DNA of 64,000 nt, taken from positions 448,001-512,000 of the forward strand of contig CAVXVB010000009.1 in assembly GCA_963765205.1 (NCBI GenBank), given 5' to 3'. Made by a program: the position numbers and the translations under genes. Positions 29,152 to 42,560 of this stretch are shown piece by piece. This DNA is from an uncultured Verrucomicrobiae bacterium. GTDB taxonomy: Bacteria > Verrucomicrobiota > Verrucomicrobiia > Opitutales > JABDGR01. Position 1 is the stretch's first letter, and every line of letters starts with the position of its first letter. The notes beneath the pieces were generated by a model. The model worked only from the letters and a program-made list of their open reading frames with translations, searched no databases and was not told the origin of the DNA.

Positions 29152-30150
29152 ATGAATGAAATCCAAGCCATTCTCGACCAATTGGAACGGGCGCCGAAGG
29201 TGGCGCACGCGCTGGCGACCTTGGTCAGCGTCGAGGGGTCGTCGTATCGCCGGGTGGGCGCGCGGTTGCTGGTCAATCAAGATGGCGGCGGCCTCGGCTC
29301 CATCAGCGGCGGCTGCCTCGAAAGCGATGTCATCGCGCGTGTCCATGAGGTGCTCGCGGACGGCTTGGCGCAAGTGGCCGTTTATAATACCACGGATGAA
29401 AACGACTTAGTGTGGGGCACGGGCACGGGGTGCAACGGCATTGTGCGCATTCTCATTGAGCGCCTGCTGGCCCGGCCCGCGTGGGCGCGCACGCTGCGCG
29501 GCAATCTCGCTGCGCGAAAAACCACGCGCCTCGGCGTCGTCTGGCAGTCCACCGATGCAAAATTTTTGGGCACGCACGATCTTAACGATATTACCGGCCG
29601 GCTCCCGGCGGAGTCGGTGGTGTTCGAGGACGAAGTCGCGCCCCCGGTGCGCCTGCTCATTTTCGGCGCGGGCGACGACGCTCAACCGCTCGCAAAATTG
29701 GCCAAAACCCTGGGCTGGACGGTCGAGGTTTTCGATTCGCGCCCGGCCTTCGCCACTGCCGCGCGCTTCCCCGAGGCAAACCGGGTGGCTGTCGTTCGCC
29801 TGGCCGACGCGGCCTCCACCCCCCTCGATGCCGCGACCGTCGCCGTCGTCATGACGCATCGCTATCGCGAGGATGTGGAACTGTTGCGCGCGCTGTTGCC
29901 GCGCGAACTGCCTTACCTCGGCCTGCTCGGCCCCAAAAAACGCGCGGAGAAAATTCTGGCGGAATTGACTGTGGATGGATTCACGTTCACGGAAGAAATG
30001 CGCGCGCGATTGCACGGGCCGGTCGGCCTGGATTTGGGCGGCGATACGCCCGAAGCCGTCGCGCTGGCCATGCTGGCCGAAATCCAAGCCGCTTTTGCCG
30101 GACGCGATGCCCGCCCCTTGCGCGAACGCAATGGGCCGATTCACGCGTGA
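29152..30150 (+). CDS. XdhC/CoxI-family molybdoenzyme accessory protein
   Basis: ATLVSVEGSSYRR.GAR, GSISGGCLE, GCNG, IFGAGDDA, YLGLLGP, GPVGLDLG..TPE. Confidence 0.9.
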   Translation: MNEIQAILDQLERAPKVAHALATLVSVEGSSYRRVGARLLVNQDGGGLGSISGGCLESDVIARVHEVLADGLAQVAVYNTTDENDLVWGTGTGCNGIVRILIERLLARPAWARTLRGNLAARKTTRLGVVWQSTDAKFLGTHDLNDITGRLPAESVVFEDEVAPPVRLLIFGAGDDAQPLAKLAKTLGWTVEVFDSRPAFATAARFPEANRVAVVRLADAASTPLDAATVAVVMTHRYREDVELLRALLPRELPYLGLLGPKKRAEKILAELTVDGFTFTEEMRARLHGPVGLDLGGDTPEAVALAMLAEIQAAFAGRDARPLRERNGPIHA

Positions 30151-30185
30151 ATGTTGAGCATGCTCCGGCGACGAATTCTTTCTGT

Positions 30186-31413
30186 TCAGGTCGAACCAGC
30201 GGGCGGCGTGAGTGTGGTCGTGACGGCTGGCCGTCGTCGCCGCAAGAGTGAGACCACCAAAGCCGAACCGCCGAGCAGCACGGCGGTCTCGCCGGGCTCG
30301 GGCACGGCGGCTGCCTGGGGCACAAACGTGAGACCATGAAAGTCTTCGTTCCCGCTGACGGAGACGTTGGCCAACAAGGAAGCGGTGAGGCTGCTAATAC
30401 TGCCATTAAAACCGGTTGAGTCGGTTAAATCGAAAATGGAGCCCAGCGTGGTGCCATAGATGGTCACGTTGCTGCCGTTGACCACCCCCGTTATGTCTTC
30501 CGCGCCGACCGTTCCATTGGTGAGGCTGCCAAGGCTCGCGTCACCATCGGAGGTCCAAGTGCCATTCACCAACGAGAATTTCACGATCGCGGTTATGTTG
30601 GAATTGTTATTGGCCACGTACAATTCGTTGGGCGTGCTCGAGTTGACGTCCGCGAAGAAAAAACCTTCGATGTTGGCGGCGGTGACGCCCGGCAGAGCCA
30701 CGCCCAGATTCCCAACCACGGCCGTCGGGTAGCCGGTGCCAATGGACAGAATGGCGGTGGCGTTCGAGGCATAGAGCTGGCCATTCGCGCCGTTGACCGT
30801 CTTGTTGCCGCCCATCGTGCCGTTGGTAATTTCCAAAGAGGTCGTGCCGTTGGTATACCGAGACGTCGCCGGTGGTGGAGTTTGCGCCAGTCGTCCAAAT
30901 GTTCGTGCCATCGCTGGTGAAGGCGCTGCGGATATTGTTGGCGCCATAGGCCGTGGTGCCCAACGGATCAATGGTCAGGGTGCCGTTCCAACTCAGGGTG
31001 GCCGCCTCGCGTTCGACCGCCGTGGTGGCGGTGCCCGAGGGCGTGGGTCCACCCACTGCTTCGCTGTAGCCGGCCAGGGCGACATACTCGCCGTTGGGCG
31101 AGAGCGTCAAGATGCCTTCACTCGCCGCCGTGCCTCCCTCGGTGATTAAATTAGCGCTCAAGTTGGCGCCGGATGAGGGCATGGCGACGCTCTGGATTAG
31201 CGCCCCATTCGTCGGGTTATACTCGTCGAGAATAATCGGCGCGGCGTTGCCGGCCAGCGCCGCGGTGCCGTTGCCGGTTTGCAAAACCAGGAGATCGCCC
31301 GCGGTAAATGGCTGGGTGAGGGTGAGCTGGACAGAAGTGTCAGATTGCCCGCGGGCGACGGTGGCCAGCAGGGCGAGGGCAAGGGCGGAGGAAAGTAGGC
31401 GGCGGAGGTTCAT
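30186..31413 (-). CDS. PEP-CTERM sorting-domain protein; 1-bp frameshift near 30861
   Basis: Signal peptide; PFTAGDLLV; C-terminal AVPEPGETAVLLGGSALVVSLLRRRR; removing one base joins the two ORFs (GDVRYTNGT). Confidence 0.85.
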
Positions 31414-31773
31414 GAACGAAAGAGTGAATGGACAAATGTTTCTGGCAGGCTCCCTTTTACAGGAGCAATGTGGAAAACTCGTCACGCCTTCGTTAGAATT
31501 GGGTTAAGCCTGAATTTGCGGTCAAACAGGCCGCAAACGGCGGGTTTGCGGGAATGAACCGGGCGGGAATCTCACAGCAGCGTCTGTGAATTTAACCAAA
31601 TAATATCTCTAAAAATCAAATAATCATTATAACGGTTGTGTGACAAGTAAGGCTTTTTCGGCGGCAGGGTAAACTTTTTGCAACGAGCAGGGGCGGTGGT
31701 TGACAGTGGGTGCGCGATGCACTTTTACGTTAGATGACCGCCGTTTTCTCATCCACGCTGGAACTTTTTCACT

Positions 31774-33246
31774 ATGAACGCCCACTCTGCTCTCAATTGC
31801 TCGATTGAATCCCGCCGGCGCTCTGCGCGGGGCGCTGCACGTTCTTCGCGCCGCCTCCTGGCCGCGGCTGCTGCACTGTTCGCCCTCGCCACTCCCGCCT
31901 TGGCCCAAACCGCCTTTACCCCGGGCGACCTGGTGGTCAGCACCTACGGAGTGGACGGCGGCTACCAAAATGGAACGCTGCAGGCGACGAGCATTGATGG
32001 CGTGCCGACGCCGATCAGCCTGGAGGAATTCACGACCACGACCAACGGCACGCCGGTGATGATTGATACCCTGCCGACGACCGACAGCGGCAACAATTTC
32101 GGGATCGTGGGCGAGTATGGCTCCTCCTCCGAGGCCAACATTCAACTCACCGCGAATGGGCAAGACCTGCTCATCGGGGGTTATCAAGCCGATGCGGCCA
32201 TCGCGGGCACCGGGTTGGGCACGGGCAATTATTACAGCAATGAAGAAGGGACCGCCCTGGCGCAATCCACCGACACGGCGGTTCCCCGGATGATCGCGGT
32301 GATTGGGGCCAACGGCGTGGCGAACACCTCCACGCAGTTCAACGACATTTACAGCGAAAACAATCCCCGCAGTGTCTGGAGCGCCAACGGCTCCTTGCTC
32401 TATGTCTCCGGCCAGGGCAGCAGCACGGATCAAGGCATTTACACCATTCAGGAGGGCAACAACACCGTCACCGGCAGCCCGGCGCCCACGCCCATCTCCG
32501 CCAACACCTCGCTCGATACCCGGGTGGTTTCAGCCTATAATGGGAATTTGTATTATTCGATTGACGTCAAGACCAAAGCGACGGGGATTTTCGAGTATTC
32601 CGGTATTCCCACCGGCGTGGCCGTGGCGACGCAGCTCACCCCCGCCAGCGGCCTGTCGGGCAACAGCGAGAACATCACGGTCAACTACAGCCCCGACGGT
32701 TTCTACTTTGCCAATACCACCACCCTGTATGTCGCCGACACGGGCAAAGCCAAAAACAAGGGCATTGGCGATGGGGGGATTCAAAAGTGGAGCCTCGTCG
32801 GCTCGACCTGGGACCTTGATTATACACTGACGCCGACTAATTTCCTCCAGAACTACAACGATAGCAGCAACACCAGCACCAACGTCAGCGGCAACGTCCA
32901 AGACGGTCAATCCGGTTTCGAGTCCGTGACCGGCCAAGTGGTGAATGGCACGGTGGACCTTTATGCCGTTTCCTATACGGTGGGCGATTCCGACGCGGAC
33001 GGGCTATATGCCATTGCCGACAACCTTTCGGCCACCAGCGAAAACGGGGAAACCTTCACCGAACTGGCCACGGCGCCGGGGATTGGCAATGTTACCTCGC
33101 TCACCGCGCAAGGGGGCGAAGTGTTCAAGGCCGTTTCCTTTGCGCCCGCCGTGTCAGTACCGGAGCCGGGCACTTATGCGATGATCATGGGCGCCTTTAG
33201 CGGGATGCTCGTGGTGTTCCAACGACGGCGCCGGGCGAAAAAATAA
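31774..33246 (+). CDS. PEP-CTERM sorting-domain protein
   Basis: Signal peptide; AFTPGDLVV; T/N/S/G-rich body; VPEPGTYAMIMGAFSGMLVVFQRRRRAKK. Confidence 0.92.
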   Translation: MNAHSALNCSIESRRRSARGAARSSRRLLAAAAALFALATPALAQTAFTPGDLVVSTYGVDGGYQNGTLQATSIDGVPTPISLEEFTTTTNGTPVMIDTLPTTDSGNNFGIVGEYGSSSEANIQLTANGQDLLIGGYQADAAIAGTGLGTGNYYSNEEGTALAQSTDTAVPRMIAVIGANGVANTSTQFNDIYSENNPRSVWSANGSLLYVSGQGSSTDQGIYTIQEGNNTVTGSPAPTPISANTSLDTRVVSAYNGNLYYSIDVKTKATGIFEYSGIPTGVAVATQLTPASGLSGNSENITVNYSPDGFYFANTTTLYVADTGKAKNKGIGDGGIQKWSLVGSTWDLDYTLTPTNFLQNYNDSSNTSTNVSGNVQDGQSGFESVTGQVVNGTVDLYAVSYTVGDSDADGLYAIADNLSATSENGETFTELATAPGIGNVTSLTAQGGEVFKAVSFAPAVSVPEPGTYAMIMGAFSGMLVVFQRRRRAKK

Positions 33247-33314
33247 GGCGGCGACGGGAGGCACAGAATCAAGAGGCGTGGGCGACTTCGCAAATACCCT
33301 GCGCCAACCGCCAC

Positions 33315-34001
33315 TCAATCGGTGGTGACACCGATGCCTTTTAATTTGGCAAAGTCCCGCACTACGTCCGGTTTGCCGCCGGCGGCCGTGACAAAGCCGC
33401 TCTTGATCAAGCTAATCAGAATCTCCTGAGCTTGGGCTGGCGGGACGTAAATGTATTTGGACTCCGGCGGCACGGGTACGCCGCTGCTGGAATCGGACTC
33501 AAAATATCCAAAAGCAGTGTCTTCAATGTTGGAGTGCGATGTTTTGTTCGCCACCCAGGCCGGATTAATGATGCCGATTTGGCCCGGATGTGGATTCAGC
33601 GTCCGGGCCGGTGCAGCGGTCGCGACCGAGCGATCCAGGGCATGGCTTTCGTTGAGCAACATGATGCCAAGGATGGCGGCGGTGAGGCAGGGCAGCCAGC
33701 CCACGCGGAACAATGGCCGGGTGACTTTTCCCACCTGCACCGCCCGCTTTTCCAGGTAATATTGTTCGACTTGAGCGATGCATTCCGGCAGCAGCGAGAG
33801 GGGTCCCAGGTAGCTGGCCTCCGGGATTCGCTCGGTTCCCAAGGTGATAGGCGCAATTTGCGCAACCGGCGCCGGCGGGGGCGGATTGGGCGCAAGGCGC
33901 GGCAGGCCCGGCGGCGGCTGGCCCCCCGGTCGATCAAAAGTGTTCGGATACGTCGCGTTATCCAGGCGCGATTTGAATTCGGTGAGACCCCAGTCGCCCA
34001 T
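33315..34001 (-). CDS. Hypothetical membrane protein
   Basis: 228-aa ORF with a Pro-rich segment and one hydrophobic helix; no recognised motif. Confidence 0.45.
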   Translation of the reverse strand: MGDWGLTEFKSRLDNATYPNTFDRPGGQPPPGLPRLAPNPPPPAPVAQIAPITLGTERIPEASYLGPLSLLPECIAQVEQYYLEKRAVQVGKVTRPLFRVGWLPCLTAAILGIMLLNESHALDRSVATAAPARTLNPHPGQIGIINPAWVANKTSHSNIEDTAFGYFESDSSSGVPVPPESKYIYVPPAQAQEILISLIKSGFVTAAGGKPDVVRDFAKLKGIGVTTD

Positions 34002-34176
34002 GGTGATTGGCTCCAGCTATTTGATGGAAAGTGGCGTCAGCCCGCGAAGTGAGCCGACCGTTATTTAACTACACACAACTGAATGCCATTTAAAGCCGCC
34101 GTCAAGCCAACCTCGGCGTTGTTGCCAGATCTTGACCCAACGCGAACATTCGCCACCCGGCTGTCACGAATTTCTT

Positions 34177-34638
34177 TCAACCTTCCCGATAATCCTCGCC
34201 AGTGAACTGGCGGCTTTGCGGCGTGTATTCCTGCAACTCAATCAGGTTGCCGTCTGGGTCGCGCACCCAGGCCTGGCGCGAACGGTCATTGCCCGTCTTG
34301 CGCCCCGTCACGGTCACGCCGCGTTTTTCGAGCAGCGCGACATAGTCGTCGAGCCCCTCGATTTGCAGGCAAAAATGGTTGAAGCGCGCGAGCCAGGGAT
34401 CGCGCGGGTCTTCGAGCGGCTCGAGCGGCTTCGCCGAGCCGCTGCGCCGGTGCGTATCGGCGTGGTCGAAGACTTCAATGAACGTCGTTTCCCCCAGCGC
34501 GAAGTAGTAGCCAATCGGCGTGCCGTCCTGCCGCAGGTAGCGAAACTGCACGCGCGCGCCCAGTTGGTCGCGGTAAAACCCAGCCATCTCTTCCAACCGA
34601 CTGGTCTTCAAACAAAGATGGGCCAGGCGTTTGAGCAT
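34177..34638 (-). CDS. VOC/glyoxalase-family protein
   Basis: LAHLCL...FY..LG, FIEVF, NHFCL, VRDPDGNLIELQE. Confidence 0.9.
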   Translation of the reverse strand: MLKRLAHLCLKTSRLEEMAGFYRDQLGARVQFRYLRQDGTPIGYYFALGETTFIEVFDHADTHRRSGSAKPLEPLEDPRDPWLARFNHFCLQIEGLDDYVALLEKRGVTVTGRKTGNDRSRQAWVRDPDGNLIELQEYTPQSRQFTGEDYREG

Positions 34639-34650
34639 GGGGTGGGGGGG

Positions 34651-34797
34651 AAGGCACTAAGGAACAAAGGGACTGAGGCACTGAGGGATTCGACGGATGT
34701 CAATTTGCTGGATCGTGAGGAAAAGCCAACCGTATTTTCAATCGGCATAAGTGCGATTCATGCTCAGTGCCATAGTGCCTCAGTGCCTTTGCCCCTC
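34651..34797. repeat. Inverted pair of degenerate octamer arrays
   Basis: aaggcact aaggaaca aagggact gaggcact ... ctcagtgc catagtgc ctcagtgc ctttgccc. Confidence 0.7.
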
Positions 34798-35004
34798 GCT
34801 GGCACTGTAGGGCCGCATTAGTTTTTTTCTTTTTCACTATTGGACAACTGCCAGTTTGGCCACAGAAGTGTTAGACCCCGCTGCACGGCCAGAATAGCTC
34901 TGCGGAACAAAGTCGGAACCAAACTGATACAGTGCCCCCCCGCACCCGGGCTTGACTTGGGGGGGGATTTCGGATGCTATGTCACGTTTTAGCCCCAATT
35001 TCGC

Positions 35005-36000
35005 ATGGTCTATCGTCCACCCAAAAAGAAGACAACCGGCCCCGGTTCCGACTTCGATGCCCGGCGGGTCTCCCTTGACCCGCTTAGCGGCCCGCTCCAG
35101 CGCGCCGCGGACGGCGAAGAGATCCTCCAGGGCGACGACCGGCATCTGGTGGCGGTGGATGAGAGCTATGCCGGTGGCGATTTCGAGGATAAAATGTGGC
35201 TGTTCTGGCGCAAGCAACGCGTGAACCTCGTGCGCCTGCTGGTGGCCGTGGCCGTGGCGGTGGTGGTGTGGCAGGGGTGGAACTTTTACCAGGCGCATGA
35301 AGCCGCCACCTTGCAGGCGGACTACCAGGCGGCCAGCGGCGCACCCGCCCTGCTGGCCTTCGCCCAAGCTCATCCGCAGGCGACGCTGGGCAAGATCGCC
35401 CAACTCGAAGCGGCCGATGCTCTTTACAAGGACGCCCAATTCAAACAGGCGGCCGACGCTTATGCGCAGGCTGCCACCTTGCTGGGCACGGACGAAAAAG
35501 GCCAGCGTGCGCGCCTCGGCCAGGCGGTTTCCTTGCTCCAGTCCGGCGATGCCAAGACAGGAGGCGAACTCCTCGAAGCCATTGCGAACGATGCCAGCGT
35601 CGTGGAAAGTTACCGCGCCGAATCTGCCTACTACCTGGCCATCCTGGCCGCCCAAGCTGGCGATAACGATGGCGCCGCCAAGTGGATTGACCGGGTGAAG
35701 GAATTCAAAGACGCCAATGCCTGGTCCAGTCAAGCCTCGACCCTTGGTGAAATCGTGCCTTTGCTCAAAGATATCACCACCAAGACCGGCTCCACATCGC
35801 CGCCCGCCCCGGCCGAAACTGCGCCTTCCGCCATGGCTGCCCCCGTGGAATCTCCAGCGCCTGCCGTCGTGGTCACTCCGAAGTCCGCCGCGGTTACCCC
35901 GCCGCCCGCCGCCCCGCCGCCGCCTCCCTCCAATTCCAAACCCGCCCCGGCCACCAGCACCAATCTCCTAAATGTGCCGGACTTGCCCGCCTTGAAGTAG
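35005..36000 (+). CDS. Membrane-anchored TPR-like protein (YfgM-like)
   Basis: Single TM (LLVAVAVAVVVWQGW), helical TPR-like repeats, P/A-rich tail. Confidence 0.65.
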   Translation: MVYRPPKKKTTGPGSDFDARRVSLDPLSGPLQRAADGEEILQGDDRHLVAVDESYAGGDFEDKMWLFWRKQRVNLVRLLVAVAVAVVVWQGWNFYQAHEAATLQADYQAASGAPALLAFAQAHPQATLGKIAQLEAADALYKDAQFKQAADAYAQAATLLGTDEKGQRARLGQAVSLLQSGDAKTGGELLEAIANDASVVESYRAESAYYLAILAAQAGDNDGAAKWIDRVKEFKDANAWSSQASTLGEIVPLLKDITTKTGSTSPPAPAETAPSAMAAPVESPAPAVVVTPKSAAVTPPPAAPPPPPSNSKPAPATSTNLLNVPDLPALK

Positions 36001-36008
36001 GCAACAAT

Positions 36009-36974
36009 TTGGGTGCGCGCGGTTATTCTCCCGTTTATTTTTCCGCCGTGCTTGGGCTATTTCGCGTGTTGCTGGTCTGGTATGCCGTCTGGCTGGCCGT
36101 CGGGCTGGGCCTGGCGTTCTACGAGTTGACGCAATGGCCGGTGCCTTATGCGACGGATTTATTTCCGTTTGGGCATCTGGAAGACATGGTGTTCCTCGCG
36201 CTGGCCGCCGCATTGCTGGGGTTGTGGCTGGGCGCGCGGGTCGGCGCGGCGCGGGCCTGGCTATTGTTTGGCTGGGTGATACTCGGCTCGGGTGTGGTGG
36301 AATGGGTGGGCGTCCATCACGCTTGGCCGTTCGGTGAATACCACTACACGGGTCACCTCGGGCCGGAGTTGGCGGGAAGCCTGCCGCTGGCGGTGCCGCT
36401 GGCCTGGTGGGTGATCATGCTGCCCGCCTATCTGTCCGCGCAAGCCGCGCTGGCGCTGATTTTTGCGCCCCCAAAAAAATCCGCCGGAGACCCGCCTGTT
36501 GTTTCCCCCTGGCCACGCCGGTTGCTGGCGGCGGCGACGGCCCTCGGGGCGGTGGCAATGGACTTCGCGCTCGAACCGGCGGCGGAGACGCGGCGCTACT
36601 GGAGTTGGGTGTCGAGCGGGCCGTGGTATGGCGTGCCGGGGCGGAATTTTCTCGGCTGGGCGGCGTTGGCCTTCATACTGGCGCTGGGGATGCAGCTCAT
36701 CGCGGGGAAGAAATTGCGCGAGGGATTCCGGTTGGGCGGCCCGGCGTTGCTCTGGCCGATGCTGTTGCCCGTCACCGTCCTGCTGCCCTTCTGGATTGAC
36801 CTCACGAACGCCGCCGCCGCCAACCTCTGGGTCAGCGTTCTGCTGATTTCTGGGTTGACCCAGACGATGTTGTGGACGCGCTATCTGCCGCCAGTGTGGG
36901 CCCGGGCGCTGTGGGCGGGGCCGCCGCGCGACGCCAGGGCCGCCAGTCCCGGAATGAATATGCCAAGTAAATGA
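36009..36974 (+). CDS. CruF-like (carotenoid biosynthesis protein family) membrane protein
   Basis: EWVGV...WPFGEYHYT..LGP...LPLAVPLAWW, D.ALEP, YWSW, YGVP..NFLGW. Confidence 0.75.
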   Translation: MGARGYSPVYFSAVLGLFRVLLVWYAVWLAVGLGLAFYELTQWPVPYATDLFPFGHLEDMVFLALAAALLGLWLGARVGAARAWLLFGWVILGSGVVEWVGVHHAWPFGEYHYTGHLGPELAGSLPLAVPLAWWVIMLPAYLSAQAALALIFAPPKKSAGDPPVVSPWPRRLLAAATALGAVAMDFALEPAAETRRYWSWVSSGPWYGVPGRNFLGWAALAFILALGMQLIAGKKLREGFRLGGPALLWPMLLPVTVLLPFWIDLTNAAAANLWVSVLLISGLTQTMLWTRYLPPVWARALWAGPPRDARAASPGMNMPSK

Positions 36975-37455
36975 GCACGCCGACGGTGATCCCGGAATCC
37001 GCCACGTTGAACGCGGGATAACGGTAGCCCGGCAGGTGGAAATCCAGGAAATCCACGACCGAGCCGTGCAAGCCGCGGTCAATCAGATTGCCCAGGATGC
37101 CGCCACACATGATGCCAAAGGTATATTGCAGGAGCGGCCGGTGTAATTCGAGTTGCCGGCGGAAAAGATACACCGCCCCGAGCGCGACCGCGCCCAACAA
37201 CGCCAGCCACCGCGTGTAGTGCTCGAACATGCTCCAAGCCGCGCCGGTGTTCGACACGTTTACGAAATAAAAGAATCCGTCAATGACGGGAATCGGCGGC
37301 GGGGCAAAATAGGTGCCCGGCTCGAGATGCCCGCGCACCCACGCTTTGCTCGCCTGGTCCGCAACCAGCACCGCGAGAAACGCGGCCCAAAAACGCGCGT
37401 AGCCGCGCAGGCCGCGCGCTTCCGTGGACGAAAAACTCTGCACAGGGCTGGTCAT
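36832..37455 (-). CDS. lspA: Signal peptidase II
   Basis: DQASK, NTGAAWS, GNLIDR, VVDFL, PAFNVADS. Confidence 0.95.
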   Translation of the reverse strand: MTSPVQSFSSTEARGLRGYARFWAAFLAVLVADQASKAWVRGHLEPGTYFAPPPIPVIDGFFYFVNVSNTGAAWSMFEHYTRWLALLGAVALGAVYLFRRQLELHRPLLQYTFGIMCGGILGNLIDRGLHGSVVDFLDFHLPGYRYPAFNVADSGITVGVLIYLAYSFRDWRPWRRAAAPPTAPGPTLAADSASTTSSGSTQKSAER

Positions 37456-38456
37456 GTCGCATCCGCGTCGTCCTCGGCCAGCGCCGCGGCGTCCTCCGTC
37501 GTCGCCTCGCCAAAGAGGCCGACGGCGTTGCTGCGCTGGACGCCGTAACGGCGCTGCTTTTCCAGTTCCTTCTGGCCGTCGAGGGAATAGCGCGTGAACG
37601 GCACCGCGGCCAGGCGGTCGGCCGAAATCGTCTGGTTGGTGATTTCGCAGATGCCGTAGGAGCCTTTGCGAATGCGTTTGAGGGCTTCCTCGATTTCATA
37701 CAGCAGCTCCTGCTCGCTGGAAACGAGGCTGAGGGCGAAGTCGCGGTCAAAAGTGTCCGTGCCGGCGTCGGCCAGGTGCTGGCTGTAGCCGGACAGGTCG
37801 CCGGAGTCCTCCTTGGCGGAGCGTTTCAGCGTTTCCGAGGTGTGCAGGTCGAGGCCCTGGCGGATTTCCTCGCGCAGCTCCACGAGCATCCGGTAATAGC
37901 GGCGGTATTTTTGTGGGATGTTTTCATTTTCCATCATTTGCGCCACCGAGACGGGCTTTTGCGTCTTGGGCGGGATGGTGACGCCGAGGATGTCCGCCAG
38001 CGACGCCGCGCCGAGGACGCGGGCCTTGCCGGGTTTGGCCGCGGGAACCAGGAGCTTGTTTTTGCCGGTGGCGTTCTTTTCCGCGATTTGTTTGGCGGCC
38101 AGAAACGCGGCCTGGGTGTTGCCCGGCTTGGCCGGCTTGTCCTTCTCCAGCTTGCGGTTCTTGATGAGGTCGCGCACTTCGTCGAGCGTGAACACGATGG
38201 GCGTGCTCTTGCGCGAGCGGATTTTGAAAATCGCCGGCGTGCTTTTGCGTTTGCGCGCGTTGAGCATGATGGCCGTGGCCTGGGGATCCGGCGCAACCAC
38301 GGCGATGGGTTTGACCGGCGCTTTGGGCGCCAGAGGTGCCGGGGCGGGCTTCGATGCGGGCGCTTTGACTACGGACGCGGGCTTGGCCGGCGCTTTGGCC
38401 GGGGCCTTGACTTTGTTGACGGCCGGCTTGGCGGGGGCGTTTTTGGGCTTGGTCAT
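37452..38456 (-). CDS. DksA/TraR-family regulator with K/A/P-rich N-terminal extension
   Basis: QHLADAGTD coiled-coil tip; IEEALKRI..GSYGICE...RL.AVPFTR. Confidence 0.85.
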   Translation of the reverse strand: MTKPKNAPAKPAVNKVKAPAKAPAKPASVVKAPASKPAPAPLAPKAPVKPIAVVAPDPQATAIMLNARKRKSTPAIFKIRSRKSTPIVFTLDEVRDLIKNRKLEKDKPAKPGNTQAAFLAAKQIAEKNATGKNKLLVPAAKPGKARVLGAASLADILGVTIPPKTQKPVSVAQMMENENIPQKYRRYYRMLVELREEIRQGLDLHTSETLKRSAKEDSGDLSGYSQHLADAGTDTFDRDFALSLVSSEQELLYEIEEALKRIRKGSYGICEITNQTISADRLAAVPFTRYSLDGQKELEKQRRYGVQRSNAVGLFGEATTEDAAALAEDDADAT

Positions 38457-38555
38457 TGGGGATGAGAAGTGAAAGGACGGCGGAAAAGCGGGAAAGGTGG
38501 AAACCTGAGCAGGGGGAAGACAACAGGAAAAGGAGCCGGAAGGCGATACTTTCCC

Positions 38556-41435
<2,880 letters not shown>

Positions 41436-41628
41436 GAATCAGCGGGCGGCGGGCGCGGGAAAATTGGAAATTTAGTCCAACGAAAAATGCCGGGCGCAGG
41501 CCGCCCAGCATTCCGAGGGAAAGCGTTTATGATGAAGGCGTTAAATTCTGGGCTTTTCCGGGGGCAAGTCAAGGGGGGAAAGGCGAACTTGGGTAGTGGT
41601 ACAGTTTGAATTTGGGAATTCTGGCTTG

Positions 41629-41771
41629 CGCCCCAACGGGGCGCCGGATTCCAGCCCTGGGTTGCTTCCGCTCTGCGGAGGCTACCCAGGGTCTGCTGCC
41701 GCAAAACATATTCCGCGCCCTGTTGGGGCGCAGGAGTCGGAAACCCATTCCTCCACCCCGACCGGGCGGGT
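41629..41771. repeat. Composite palindromic REP-like element
   Basis: cgccccaacggggcg; ccctgggt...acccaggg; cgccctgttggggcg; accccgaccgggcgggt. Confidence 0.6.
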
Positions 41772-42063
41772 CTTTTGCACCCAACCGATCAAACCCAACC
41801 AACCTACCCAACGCAGCCAACGCATCACTGGTCAAATGGCTCGTCTTCGATTATACTCTGCGCCATGCACTCCCACTACCTCTCTGGCCCCGCGTTTTCT
41901 CGTATACTTCCACCCGGTCCGACCAAATCAAAGTAAATCAAACCTAATCAGGCCAAAAATTTAAAAACTGCGTCGCCCCTATGGGTTGCCTGGCTGCCCA
42001 ACCTGCAACCTCATTCCAACGATTCCGCTTGCCACCTTCCCCCGCTTCTTCTGCCATGCCGCC

Positions 42064-42471
42064 ATGAGCGAACCCCCTCCCTCCCCCCCCTCCCTCCCCC
42101 CCGACAAGCTCGAAGCCATCTTCGCGCTCCAGGCCGCCCTCAACCGCCGCATCGGCGTGGACACCGCCGCGCTCGACGACGCCGGACAAATCCAATGGAC
42201 GCTCAATTACATCCGCGCCATGCAGCAGGAACTCGCCGAGCTGACCGACTCCGTGCCCTGGAAATGGTGGGCCAAATACCAGCAGTTCGACCGCCAGAAC
42301 GCCCGCGTCGAAGTCGTGGACCTTTTTCATTTCCTTGTCTCCATCGCCCAAACCCTTGGCCTCAGCGCCGATGACATCTACCAGGCCTACCTCAAAAAAA
42401 ACCAAATCAACCACCAGCGCCAGGACTCGGGCTACGTGAAGAAGGACGCGGATGACTCGCGGGGTGTGTGA
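42064..42471 (+). CDS. All-alpha (dimeric) dUTPase-like NTP pyrophosphatase
   Basis: QELAEL..SVPWKWW, EVVDLFHF, YLKKNQINHQRQ.SGY. Confidence 0.88.
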   Translation: MSEPPPSPPSLPPDKLEAIFALQAALNRRIGVDTAALDDAGQIQWTLNYIRAMQQELAELTDSVPWKWWAKYQQFDRQNARVEVVDLFHFLVSIAQTLGLSADDIYQAYLKKNQINHQRQDSGYVKKDADDSRGV

Positions 42472-42560
42472 ATTAGTGATTGCTCCTTCTTTGACAACAT
42501 TTCCGGGTTGTCGGGGTTGGGGAATGAAGAATACGGTCCGGCCGACAGACCCCTCCCCCC

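Noticed and set aside
31414..31773. Sigma-54 promoter or invertible switch between the PEP-CTERM genes
   Set aside because: No correctly spaced GG-N10-GC consensus or flanking inverted repeats recognised.
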